A stretch of 48,929 bases of DNA, taken from NCBI GenBank assembly GCA_016880465.1, contig JAEHDK010000738.1, positions 1 to 48,929 on the forward strand, given 5' to 3'. The notes under the pieces are model-generated. The model made no database searches. It was not told the origin of the DNA and saw nothing but the letters and a program-made list of their open reading frames with translations. Of the stretch, positions 1 through 8,644 are shown one piece after another. The translations under genes were made by a program, and so were the position numbers. Origin of the DNA: Micromonosporaceae bacterium. GTDB lineage: Bacteria > Actinomycetota > Actinomycetes > Mycobacteriales > Micromonosporaceae. The number at the start of each line of letters is the position of its first letter. Position 1 is the stretch's first letter.

Positions 1-58
1 CCCCTTCCGCAGTCTGTGCGAGATCCTGGAATCACGATCCGTGACGGGGTGACGAAAT

Positions 59-472
59 ATGCCAGGCCCTGCCCCGAAACTCGACCCCACCCGTCGGCAC
101 AGCCGCGTCGGCCCACGTCGCCTGCCGCCCGAGGGTCGCAAGGGCCCGACCCCCCGCTGGCCGCTGGTGCCAAGTCTTCCTCTTGCCGCCGAGGCTGAAC
201 TGTGGCGTCAGCTCTGGCACACACCGCAGGCCGCGGCGTGGGAGGAGTTGGGCTGGACCCGCACCGTGGCGCGCTACGCCAAGGTGCTGTTGCGGGCGGA
301 GGACCTGGACATGCCCGCCCTCGCCGAGGCCCGTCAGCTCGAGGATCGCCTAGGGCTAACGCCGAAGGCGATGCGGATGCTCTTGTGGGAGATTGCGCGC
401 GACGAGGTCGCCGAGAAGCGTGGACAGGCGCCGGCCACGTCGGCCCGGACCAGGATCAAAGCCGTCTCGTAG
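59..472 (+). CDS. Terminase small subunit (P27-like)
   Basis: ATG at 59. N-terminal MPGPAPKLDPTRR... motif is typical of P27-type small terminases. Abuts terL (stop 472, start 473). First gene after the genome end. Confidence 0.7.
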   Translation: MPGPAPKLDPTRRHSRVGPRRLPPEGRKGPTPRWPLVPSLPLAAEAELWRQLWHTPQAAAWEELGWTRTVARYAKVLLRAEDLDMPALAEARQLEDRLGLTPKAMRMLLWEIARDEVAEKRGQAPATSARTRIKAVS

Positions 473-2071
473 ATGCCATGGCGTGGTCCTGCCGAGGACG
501 GGGAGTTCCCAACGCTCGGCTACGACGTCGGAGAGTGGATCGAGGCCCATGTCGTCATCCCCGACGGATACCGGCAGGGTGAGCCATACCGCCTCACGGA
601 TGAGATGTGGAAGTTCCTGGTCCACTTCTACCGACTCTATCCGCACGCCGAGCCGTGGCCGGCGCCGGACGCGTTGCGGTACACGGGAGCGCAGTTGCGG
701 CGGTCGCAGAAGTGGGGCAAGGACCCGTTCGGTGCCGCGATCGACTTGGCGGAGGGGCTGGGGCCGACCCGGTTCGATGGGTGGAATGCCCGCGGCGAGC
801 CGGTGGGGGCCCCATACCCAACTCCGTTGATCGTCTGTCTGGGTACATCGGAGGATCAGACCGACAACACGTGGCGGCCGCTGCTCAACATGATCCGCCT
901 CGGCCCCTTGATCAACCTGTCGGGCATGGACGCGGGGGAGACCCGGATCAATCTGCCCTCGGGCGGCCGGATGGAGCCGGTCACCACGTCTGCCCGGGCT
1001 CGACTCGGGGCACCGATGACGTTCCTGACCCTCACGGAATCGCACCTGTTCACGTTGCAGGGCGGTTACCGGAAGGTCTGCGGCGCGGTGAAACGCAACG
1101 TCGCCGGTATGGACGGCCGGTGGTTGGAGTTGACCAACGCCTGGGACCCGACCGAGGGTTCCGAGGCGCAGGTGACTGCCGAATCCGGTGACGATCGGGT
1201 CTATGTGGACACCGTGGAGCCCAACCGGGTCGTCGACCTGACTGACGACGAGACGCTCTATGCCGAACTCTTGCGTCAGTACGGCGACTCTGCCCGTGAG
1301 CGGGGCGGTTGGGTCAACATCAAGGGCCGGATCTTTCATGAGGTCCGTTCGTCGCGGCATCTCGAGGCGGACCGGCGGCGATTTTTCCTCAACGAGATCG
1401 TCGTCGGCGAGTCGGTGCTGGTGGACCCGATCCGGTGGGATCTGGCGGGCCGCGAGGACGCCCTGGTGGCCGGAGAAGCGGTCGCACTGGGCTTTGATGG
1501 GTCGAAGTATCAGGACGCGACCGCGCTGGTGGCGTCGCGGATCGCCGACTCGCGTTTGTTCTGTCTTCGGGTGTGGGAGAAGCCGCAGGGCGCCGGCCGG
1601 GATTGGCGGGTGCCCGGACCCGAGGTGGATCGGGTGGTCCGGGACGTGTTCGCCGCCTATCGGGTCGCGGTTCTTTATGCCGATCCGTACCGCTGGCAGG
1701 ACTACTTGGACCAGTGGGCGGCCGCGTTTCCGAAGCGGGTCGTGGAGTTCAACACGAACGTCGAGCAGCGTATGGACCGGGCGATTGAAAGGTTTGTCAC
1801 CTCGTTCGGTGAGGGCGAACTGACCCACGACGGGTCACCTCACCTGACTCGGCACATCAAGAACGCCGTCCTGGTGAAGGGTTCCCGCAAGAAACCCCGG
1901 CCCGGTGAAGAGGACAGTGTCACTACGCACTACCTGAAGATGGCCAAGCGTGGCGAGGCCATGTTGATCGACCTGGCGGTTGCGGCGGTGCTCGCCCACC
2001 ATGCCCGCGGGCATGCCATTGAGGACGGATTCCAGACGACCGCACCGGAGCCTATGGTGGCATGGCGCTGA
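473..2071 (+). CDS. terL: Terminase large subunit
   Basis: 532 aa. N-terminal FPTLGYDVGEWIE...YRLTDEMWKFL and C-terminal ALGFDGSKYQDATALV nuclease-like segment resemble Terminase_1-type large subunits. Lies between terS and portal. Confidence 0.9.
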   Translation: MPWRGPAEDGEFPTLGYDVGEWIEAHVVIPDGYRQGEPYRLTDEMWKFLVHFYRLYPHAEPWPAPDALRYTGAQLRRSQKWGKDPFGAAIDLAEGLGPTRFDGWNARGEPVGAPYPTPLIVCLGTSEDQTDNTWRPLLNMIRLGPLINLSGMDAGETRINLPSGGRMEPVTTSARARLGAPMTFLTLTESHLFTLQGGYRKVCGAVKRNVAGMDGRWLELTNAWDPTEGSEAQVTAESGDDRVYVDTVEPNRVVDLTDDETLYAELLRQYGDSARERGGWVNIKGRIFHEVRSSRHLEADRRRFFLNEIVVGESVLVDPIRWDLAGREDALVAGEAVALGFDGSKYQDATALVASRIADSRLFCLRVWEKPQGAGRDWRVPGPEVDRVVRDVFAAYRVAVLYADPYRWQDYLDQWAAAFPKRVVEFNTNVEQRMDRAIERFVTSFGEGELTHDGSPHLTRHIKNAVLVKGSRKKPRPGEEDSVTTHYLKMAKRGEAMLIDLAVAAVLAHHARGHAIEDGFQTTAPEPMVAWR

Positions 2072-2081
2072 GGGGAGTCCG

Positions 2082-5000
2082 GTGACCCTCGAGCTGGTGC
2101 CGTTCCGCGGCCACACGGTGCCAGTCCTCAACGGCGTCAACGGCGAGATCGCCCGGTACAGCCTGCAGCAGTACCTGCAGGACACCACGTTCCGGTTCGG
2201 CGGGATCACCTACCAGCCCAACCAGTACGGGGTCACCACCACGTGGGGGCAGCGTCCGGCCGAGAAGGTCGGCAACAACTTCGCCGGCTACGCCGAGGGG
2301 CTGTTGTACCGGGATGGCCCACTGGCCGCGGCGGAGGCGTACCGGCTGCGGGTCTTCGGCCAGGCGCCGATGCTGTTCCAGGAACGCTCGGACGGCCGGG
2401 CCGGGGATCTGCTCGACGACGACTCCCTCGAGCCGCTGCGCACCCCATGGGTGGGCGGGTCTACCGGCGACCTGATGAAGCGGGCCCTGCTCTACGGGGA
2501 CCTGGGCGGCAACGGCTGGGTCGTGCACATCGACGACGAACTGGTGGTGCTGCGCCCCGACTACGTGACGATCGTGCTGGCCGACCGGATGTACGAGGGC
2601 CGCAAGGTCGGGTTCAAGCAGGTCGGGATCGCCTACTCCGAGTACGGGCTGCAGGACGACTCGGCGGCGGTGTTCATGCGCGGCGAGTACTGCCACTTCG
2701 TGCCGTTCATGCCCGACCCGCTGGCCTCCTACCGGGGCATGTCGTGGATGACGCCGATCATCCGGGACATCCAGTCCGACATCGGGGCCACCGACCACGG
2801 CCTGGCCTGGTGGTCCAATGCCGCGACACCGAACCTCGCGGTGAGCCTGCCGAAGGAGATCACTCCGGAGCAGTTCAAGAAGTTCGTCGCCGAGATGGAC
2901 GCCAACCACCGCGGCGCGATGAACGCCTACCGCACCCTGTACACGGCCGGTGGGGCCGACGTGACCGTGGTCGGCGCGAACATGCAGCAGATCGACTACT
3001 CCCGGGTGGTCGGGAAGAACGAGACCCGCATCGCCAACCTGTCGGGTATTCACCCGGCTTTGCTTGGTTTCTCCGAGGGCATGCAGGGGTCGTCGCTGAA
3101 CGCGGGCAACTACTCGGCGGCCAAGCGCAACGTGGTCGACACGACGATGCGGGACCTGTGGGCCAACTGGTGTGCGTCGATGCAGGTCCTGTTCCCGCCG
3201 CCGGACCCGACGTGGCGGCTCTGGTACGACGGGCGGGACATTCCGTTCCTGCTCGACGACGCGAAGGATCTCGCGGAGCGGCAGCAGACGCAGGCGGCGA
3301 CGATCGCGTCGCTGATTCAGGCCGGGTTCGAGGCCGCGTCCGCGGTGTCCGCGGTGTCCGCCGACGACCTGAAGCATCTCAAGCACACCGGCCTGGTGTC
3401 GGTGCAGTTGCTGCCCCCGGGTGAGCAGCCCGGCCAGACGGACCAGACGGACACCGCCGCGTACGAGCAGGCGTTGCAGACCGCCCGCGCGCAGGTGTGG
3501 GGCGACGACGACATCGAGCGCGGCTACTACGGGGCCCTGCCCGGTGAGCGGGTCGGGAAGGGCAAGGTCGGCGGCGGCCGGTTCAAGAAGCTGTCCGACC
3601 GGGCGTTGGACGCGATCCGGGAGTTCTTCGCCGCGGACGCTGACGGGGATCCGTTGGAGGGTTGGACGCAGCCGCAGCTGAAGACGGCGGCCACCCAGTT
3701 GGGCATCGACGTGCCGCCGCGCATGTCCGGGCCGAAGTTGAAGCTGGCCATCTTGGAGCACGCGCGTGGCAAGCCGGACGGCACCCCGAAGCCTGCCGGG
3801 AAGGCCACCCCACGCGCACCGGCGAAGAAGGCGGCGCCGAAGCCTGCGCGGCGCGTGGAGACGATGGCGACCGCACTGCATGAGGATTGGCGCCAGACGT
3901 TCCACAAGACCTTCCGTGCCGACCCGGACAACGCCGGCAAGAAACCGACTCGTCTGAAGACCACCAAGGACAAGGGTTGGATCGCATCACACGGCACTGA
4001 TCAGGTGGACATCGCCAACACTGACTACGCGGACCTGCCTGAGGACTGGCAGCGCGAGAACCGCGCCGCAGCTGAGGTCATCGAGGGAATCCTCGCTCGG
4101 CGCGGTCGGGTCGACCTGGACGACCCGGCGACCCGCGAGGCCCTGGGTGAGGAGATCCACGCCGCTTGGCTGTCGCGCAACGAGTGGGCCCGCGGCGGCG
4201 ACCTCGACAAGCCGTTTGCCGAGTTGCCGAAGGTCGAGCAGGACAAGGACATCGACCAGCTTCGGGTGGCGATGGGAGCGATGAAACCGGCTCCGGCCAA
4301 GAAGGCTCCGGCCGAGCCCGGTCTGCCGCCGGGTTACGACTTGCGGATCTCTCCAGCCCTGCATGCCCCCGGGCGGTACAACGTTAAGGCCTTCTACCCC
4401 ACTGGCCGCGAGGTCCACATCACCCAGAACTTGACGCAGGCCGGGGCGCGACGCGAGTTGGATCGGTTGACCGCCGGTGGGCCGGAGTTGGTCGACGCTA
4501 CGCATGCGAAGAACTCCCACGCGGTTAGGGAGCGCAACCAAAGGTTGATGGAGGCGGAGGCACTCAAGGAACAAAGGAAGGTCAGGCGACAGCAGCTTCA
4601 GGGGCGCTCGCCCTCTTGGTTGCGCGAGCAGCTGGCCGATCGAGGCCTTGATACGTCCGGCACCACGGCGCAAATGATCAACCGCCTGATGGACGCTGAG
4701 GGTCTTGGACAGGCGGACACCAAGACGCCGTCTCGACCCGACCTCGAGGCCGCCGGGAAGGCCACCCCACGCGCACCGGCGAAGAAGGCGGCGCCGAAGG
4801 CTGCGCGCGAGTCGGTGCTCGGCGGCCCGATGGACGAGAACGAGGAGTTGCTGCACGGGCTCACTCTGGCCGAGATCGTCCAGGTGGCAGAGGAACTGAA
4901 CGTCCAGGCGCCCGTCGCCAACACGGGCCGTGGTTTTGGCATGGGCCGTAGGTGGCCATCGAGTAAGGCGGGCCGCATCAGGTATGTCCTTCAGTCGCTC

Positions 5001-7175
5001 GACCTGGCGGCGGGTCGGGATTCGGCCCACCGGGGGCGGTGGGAGATACCGAGGGCCGTTGAGGGCGTGGTGGCGCGGCGAGGCGATGTGCCGATGCCCG
5101 ACCCCGAGGCCGCCGCCCGCGACCGCCAGGCCGACATCGACTCCGCCCGCCGCTTCTCCGCCACCGCCGGCGAGTTGGACGAGATCCTCCACAACGACGC
5201 ATCCACCGAGGCGCTGCTGTCCCGGCTGGATAACGCGGGCGTGCGTCACGGGATCACCGACGAGTTGGCCCCGGTGCGGGCGGCGGTGGAGCAAGCCCGG
5301 CAGGTTGAGGTAGAGAACCGCATCCGCGCGGCCTTCCGTTCGCTGCTCGGGCGCCCCGGCCTGGAGGAGGGCCCGACCGAGTTCTCGATGGCGCCCGGCA
5401 TGACGCCGCAGCGCCTGATGCGCGAGGGCGGTTACGTCTCCATCGCTGACCTGCGCGACGAGTTGTCCGACATACCGCGAGCCGAGCAGGACGCGGCTCT
5501 CAAGCGGATCGCGATTCACGACCCGGGCGCGAACGCGGTGCCCGAATCGGCGCAGGGCAGTCTGACCGACCGGCAGCGCGCTGGAGCGCTGCACTATGGC
5601 GACCAGGACAAGCACTGGCTGATCATCGACGACCCGTCCGACCGCCCCGTCCCTTCGCCGCGCGCCGAGATGGACCGTCTCCTCGCCGCCCATGGCATCA
5701 CCCGCGATGGCGAGGCCGGCGACACCGGCGCCTTCACCCGCAGCCTGCACGAGCCGATCTCCGGTGACCTGCGCGAGGGGCAGCCGGTGCAGGTGATCCG
5801 GCCGGGGTTCAGCCTGGACCGGGACGGGGAGCGGATCCGGCTGTCGAAGGCGGTTGTGGAGGAGGCGGACGCGCCGGCTCCCATCGACGCGGACGACGAG
5901 TCCATTGACAGGCACCTGGATCGCCTCGCCGACCTCTTGAACGGGTTCGACCCGAAGGACCGCCAAACGTCTGCCGAGTTGACCGAGATCGCCAATGGGA
6001 TGCGGGATGGGTCCATCTCCGACCAGGCAGCGGCGGGTCGGCTGGCAGCATTGGCCGCCGACTACGAGGGCTCGAACACGGGGACGAACCTCGCGATGTG
6101 GTCGCGGGAACTCAGCGGTGGCACGGCGCCCTCCACCCCCGACCCCGAGGCCCTCCGCGACTCCCTGGACCTGAAGACCGTCGACCAGCTCAAGGACATG
6201 ATCCGCGAGCGTAACAAGGCCGGCGCCAACCTGCGGCTGTCCGGGCGGAAGCGGGAGCTCGTCGACCGGCTGGTGGAACACGAGACGGGCGGCGGTGGAC
6301 CGGCACCCGAGCCGCCGAAGAAGCGTGCGCCGAGGAAGGCTACGGCGCCCGCAGGGCGACCCCCGGCCACGCCCGTGCCGATCCACGACCTGCTCGACGC
6401 CGACGACGCTACGATCGACGCCGCCCTAAGGGACGTGTATGAAGGCCAGTTCGGCCCGTACACGACGAAGGTCACCAGAGTCGGCATCCGGCGGGCCGGC
6501 ATCCGAACCGACGGCAGGGGACGTGTGCACCCGGTCGACCCGGAGATCTTTGTCGAAGGTTCGATCTACGGCCCGGAAGGTGTCGCTGGCGGTAGCATCG
6601 GTAACTTCGGCCGGTCGATCGGACCGGCAACCATGCACTACGCCGACGGCACCGTCCGTCGCGAGGTATGGGCCCAGCACTCCATCGTCCAACTCGACGA
6701 GGAGTTCCAGGGCAAGGGCTTCGGCGGTCACTTCAACCGTCGCGTGATCGAGTGGTATCGCGCGTCGGGGGTCCACGGCATCAGCCAGGACGATCACAAC
6801 TTCTACGTGTGGGCGTCGCAGGGCTTCGACTTCCGTGGCGGCATCGTGACGCGGCAGGCCACCGAAGCGATGCGTGACCTCATCGCGTCCCTGCGGGCCG
6901 GCAAGACCAAGTTCAACTTCGGCGACACGATCCCCAAGCGGCTACGCGACGCGCCCGACCTCGAGGCACAGATCGCTGCCGCCGAGGCGCTACTGGCGCG
7001 GCTGGAATTAACGAGTCCAGGGCAACCCGACTACCCGACGGCCTACGAGATCTCACAACTTGGCCGGCGCCGTGGCCAGCGCGGGCGAACCGCCGTCTGG
7101 CTGGGCAAGCTGATCCCGGTCTCGGCAGACGAGATGATCCTCAACCCGGATGAGGGTGAGGTGATCAGCGGATGA
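2082..7175 (+). CDS. Portal protein fused to a ~1,200-aa polyvalent C-terminal extension (SAP/HeH motifs, RyR-like repeats, GNAT-like domain)
   Basis: GTG 2082 follows RBS AGGGGAG, 11 nt after the terL stop. One uninterrupted 1,697-codon frame. The first ~470 aa look like an HK97/SPP1-type portal; the rest is described in findings. The track start at 1980 overlaps terL and is rejected. Confidence 0.8.
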   Translation: MTLELVPFRGHTVPVLNGVNGEIARYSLQQYLQDTTFRFGGITYQPNQYGVTTTWGQRPAEKVGNNFAGYAEGLLYRDGPLAAAEAYRLRVFGQAPMLFQERSDGRAGDLLDDDSLEPLRTPWVGGSTGDLMKRALLYGDLGGNGWVVHIDDELVVLRPDYVTIVLADRMYEGRKVGFKQVGIAYSEYGLQDDSAAVFMRGEYCHFVPFMPDPLASYRGMSWMTPIIRDIQSDIGATDHGLAWWSNAATPNLAVSLPKEITPEQFKKFVAEMDANHRGAMNAYRTLYTAGGADVTVVGANMQQIDYSRVVGKNETRIANLSGIHPALLGFSEGMQGSSLNAGNYSAAKRNVVDTTMRDLWANWCASMQVLFPPPDPTWRLWYDGRDIPFLLDDAKDLAERQQTQAATIASLIQAGFEAASAVSAVSADDLKHLKHTGLVSVQLLPPGEQPGQTDQTDTAAYEQALQTARAQVWGDDDIERGYYGALPGERVGKGKVGGGRFKKLSDRALDAIREFFAADADGDPLEGWTQPQLKTAATQLGIDVPPRMSGPKLKLAILEHARGKPDGTPKPAGKATPRAPAKKAAPKPARRVETMATALHEDWRQTFHKTFRADPDNAGKKPTRLKTTKDKGWIASHGTDQVDIANTDYADLPEDWQRENRAAAEVIEGILARRGRVDLDDPATREALGEEIHAAWLSRNEWARGGDLDKPFAELPKVEQDKDIDQLRVAMGAMKPAPAKKAPAEPGLPPGYDLRISPALHAPGRYNVKAFYPTGREVHITQNLTQAGARRELDRLTAGGPELVDATHAKNSHAVRERNQRLMEAEALKEQRKVRRQQLQGRSPSWLREQLADRGLDTSGTTAQMINRLMDAEGLGQADTKTPSRPDLEAAGKATPRAPAKKAAPKAARESVLGGPMDENEELLHGLTLAEIVQVAEELNVQAPVANTGRGFGMGRRWPSSKAGRIRYVLQSLDLAAGRDSAHRGRWEIPRAVEGVVARRGDVPMPDPEAAARDRQADIDSARRFSATAGELDEILHNDASTEALLSRLDNAGVRHGITDELAPVRAAVEQARQVEVENRIRAAFRSLLGRPGLEEGPTEFSMAPGMTPQRLMREGGYVSIADLRDELSDIPRAEQDAALKRIAIHDPGANAVPESAQGSLTDRQRAGALHYGDQDKHWLIIDDPSDRPVPSPRAEMDRLLAAHGITRDGEAGDTGAFTRSLHEPISGDLREGQPVQVIRPGFSLDRDGERIRLSKAVVEEADAPAPIDADDESIDRHLDRLADLLNGFDPKDRQTSAELTEIANGMRDGSISDQAAAGRLAALAADYEGSNTGTNLAMWSRELSGGTAPSTPDPEALRDSLDLKTVDQLKDMIRERNKAGANLRLSGRKRELVDRLVEHETGGGGPAPEPPKKRAPRKATAPAGRPPATPVPIHDLLDADDATIDAALRDVYEGQFGPYTTKVTRVGIRRAGIRTDGRGRVHPVDPEIFVEGSIYGPEGVAGGSIGNFGRSIGPATMHYADGTVRREVWAQHSIVQLDEEFQGKGFGGHFNRRVIEWYRASGVHGISQDDHNFYVWASQGFDFRGGIVTRQATEAMRDLIASLRAGKTKFNFGDTIPKRLRDAPDLEAQIAAAEALLARLELTSPGQPDYPTAYEISQLGRRRGQRGRTAVWLGKLIPVSADEMILNPDEGEVISG
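3795..3850 (+). repeat. Direct repeat copy 1 (56 bp, 1 mismatch) inside the portal-fusion ORF
   Basis: GCCGGGAAGGCCACCCCACGCGCACCGGCGAAGAAGGCGGCGCCGAAG(C/G)CTGCGCG. Encodes AGKATPRAPAKKAAPK. The second copy is at 4752-4807, exactly 957 bp (319 codons) downstream. Confidence 0.9.
4752..4807 (+). repeat. Direct repeat copy 2 (56 bp, 1 mismatch) inside the portal-fusion ORF
   Basis: Same 56-bp string as 3795-3850, in the same reading frame. Confidence 0.9.
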
Positions 7176-7699
7176 TCGCGCGCGTTGTCCCCGATCCGAT
7201 CGTGGTGCGCCGTCGGAACGAGTTGCTCGATCTGTACCACGACTGGGCTGGCGACGGTGACCCGGACGACGATCCCGAGTTCGTGGACGCGGCGCGGGAG
7301 ATCATGGGCCTGCCGCCGCTGAGCGACGTAGTCCGTGCGGCCGTCAGCGACGATGGCGACTTCTACGATGAGGACCCCGGCGAGCCCGACGACGAGCAGC
7401 GCGCCCGGGCGCAGGCCCGCATGGACGAGATCGACCCGGACGGACCCGACGACGTAGCTCGAGCCGCCGGCGCCGACGTGACGCCGGGGCATGACGAGCT
7501 GCATCACTACTGGACGCGGGATCCGCGCGGGCTCGCCAAGTGGGCAAAGTCCCCGCACCCATGGACTGCCCTGTATCACCACTTGGTGAAGTTCGTCGGT
7601 CCCGAGCGAGCCAAGCGCATGGCCTCCCAGTGGCACAAGGAGGTCTTCGGAATCTGGGTGGGGGAGAAGAAGGGCAAGAACCCGCTCGGCCCTGGATGA
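7172..7699 (+). CDS. Head-module protein of unknown function (acidic N-terminal half; HHYWTRDPRGLAKWA..PHPWTALYHHL..AKRMASQWHKEVFG motif)
   Basis: ATGA overlap with the portal-fusion stop and high third-position GC. I recognise the C-terminal motif from actinophage head modules, but no function is known. Confidence 0.7.
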   Translation: MIARVVPDPIVVRRRNELLDLYHDWAGDGDPDDDPEFVDAAREIMGLPPLSDVVRAAVSDDGDFYDEDPGEPDDEQRARAQARMDEIDPDGPDDVARAAGADVTPGHDELHHYWTRDPRGLAKWAKSPHPWTALYHHLVKFVGPERAKRMASQWHKEVFGIWVGEKKGKNPLGPG

Positions 7700-7708
7700 G
7701 ACGAAGGA

Positions 7709-7737
7709 CCCCGGCGACGGCTGACACCGCCCCGGGG
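7709..7737 (+). terminator. GC-rich hairpin after 7172-7699
   Basis: CCCCGGCG ... CGCCCCGGGG imperfect stem with a 2-nt bulge. No U-tract. Confidence 0.3.
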
Positions 7738-7751
7738 CATGGTCCGACTGG

Positions 7752-8558
7752 TTGGAGTCGAACGTGCACCAGACTATGGTGTGCGCGGTTTGCCAAGTAC
7801 TTTTCGAGCCACGCAACCCGCGACAGGTCACCTGCTGCAACCGCTGCTACATGTGGCACCGGCGGCACCCGAACCAGCCAGACGTGCCTCGGTTCTGCGA
7901 GACTTGCGGCGATCGGCTCCCGGTCGGCTGTAATCGCGCCAGGCGGTACTGCCGGATGGCGTGCAATGCGGCGGCATCGAAGCGCCGCTGTCGTCCGAAC
8001 GTAGGTGAGTACAGGTACTACTCAGACTGCCAGCACTGTGGCGCCGCACTGTCTGGCCGTCGTGCCGGGAAGCGCTTCTGCAATGGACGGTGCGAGCAAC
8101 GGGAGCGGGTCTTCCCTGGCAGTGCTTGGTACTACGCCAATCGCAGGTGCGAGTACTGCGGCGAGCCGATTCCGGTCGAAGCCCGTTATAACAAGCGCCA
8201 TTGCTCAAACGAATGCACGGCGAAGGCCAACATGGACCTTCGCCGGGCTCGCATGGAGGCGCTTCCGTCGGAGCGGATCAACCGATGGAAGGTCTTTGAG
8301 CGCGACGGTTGGATCTGCCATCTGTGCAAGCTGCCGGTCGACAAGACGCTCAGTGGCCTGGACCCCGGGATGGCGAGCCTGGATCACATCATCCCGTTCA
8401 ACGAGCCCGACAGCCCTGGGCACGTCTGGACCAACGTCGCTCTGGCTCATTTACGCTGCAATTTCTCGAAGAACGCTCGGACCCGTCAAGAGGACTGGTC
8501 GCTGCACATCGCCCTCGCAGTCACGGGCAAAGCCCCGCCTCCTGGGCGCCTCTTCTGA
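7752..8558 (+). CDS. HNH endonuclease with four N-terminal CxxC..(F/Y/H)C(S/N/R)xxC zinc-ribbon repeats
   Basis: C-terminal WICHLCKLPV...LDHIIPF...NVALAHLRCNFSKN is a classic HNH motif. The N-terminus holds four repeated zinc-ribbon modules. Start is uncertain (TTG 7752, GTG 7764, ATG 7776). Confidence 0.85.
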   Translation: MESNVHQTMVCAVCQVLFEPRNPRQVTCCNRCYMWHRRHPNQPDVPRFCETCGDRLPVGCNRARRYCRMACNAAASKRRCRPNVGEYRYYSDCQHCGAALSGRRAGKRFCNGRCEQRERVFPGSAWYYANRRCEYCGEPIPVEARYNKRHCSNECTAKANMDLRRARMEALPSERINRWKVFERDGWICHLCKLPVDKTLSGLDPGMASLDHIIPFNEPDSPGHVWTNVALAHLRCNFSKNARTRQEDWSLHIALAVTGKAPPPGRLF

Positions 8559-8589
8559 CCGCATCGGCCCCGGCTGACAGTTGACCAAC

Positions 8590-8620
8590 GAAGGGACGCC
8601 ACACCCCGTGGCGTCCCTTC
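8590..8620 (+). terminator. Perfect 13-bp hairpin after HNH gene
   Basis: GAAGGGACGCCAC-ACCCC-GTGGCGTCCCTTC. Confidence 0.55.
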
Positions 8621-8644
8621 GGCATGCCCGGAAGGGAGCGAGGC

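Noticed and set aside
1980-2081. Upstream ATG 1980 as the portal start.
   Set aside because: It would overlap terL by 92 nt. GTG 2082 has an RBS and starts 11 nt after the terL stop.
356-6386. Very long minus-strand ORFs antisense to terL and the portal fusion (356-1828, 2052-3905, 3987-6386).
   Set aside because: The translations are Arg/Pro/Gly-rich and low complexity, with no motifs. They exactly shadow well-supported plus-strand genes, which is the usual mirror-frame artefact in ~70% GC DNA.
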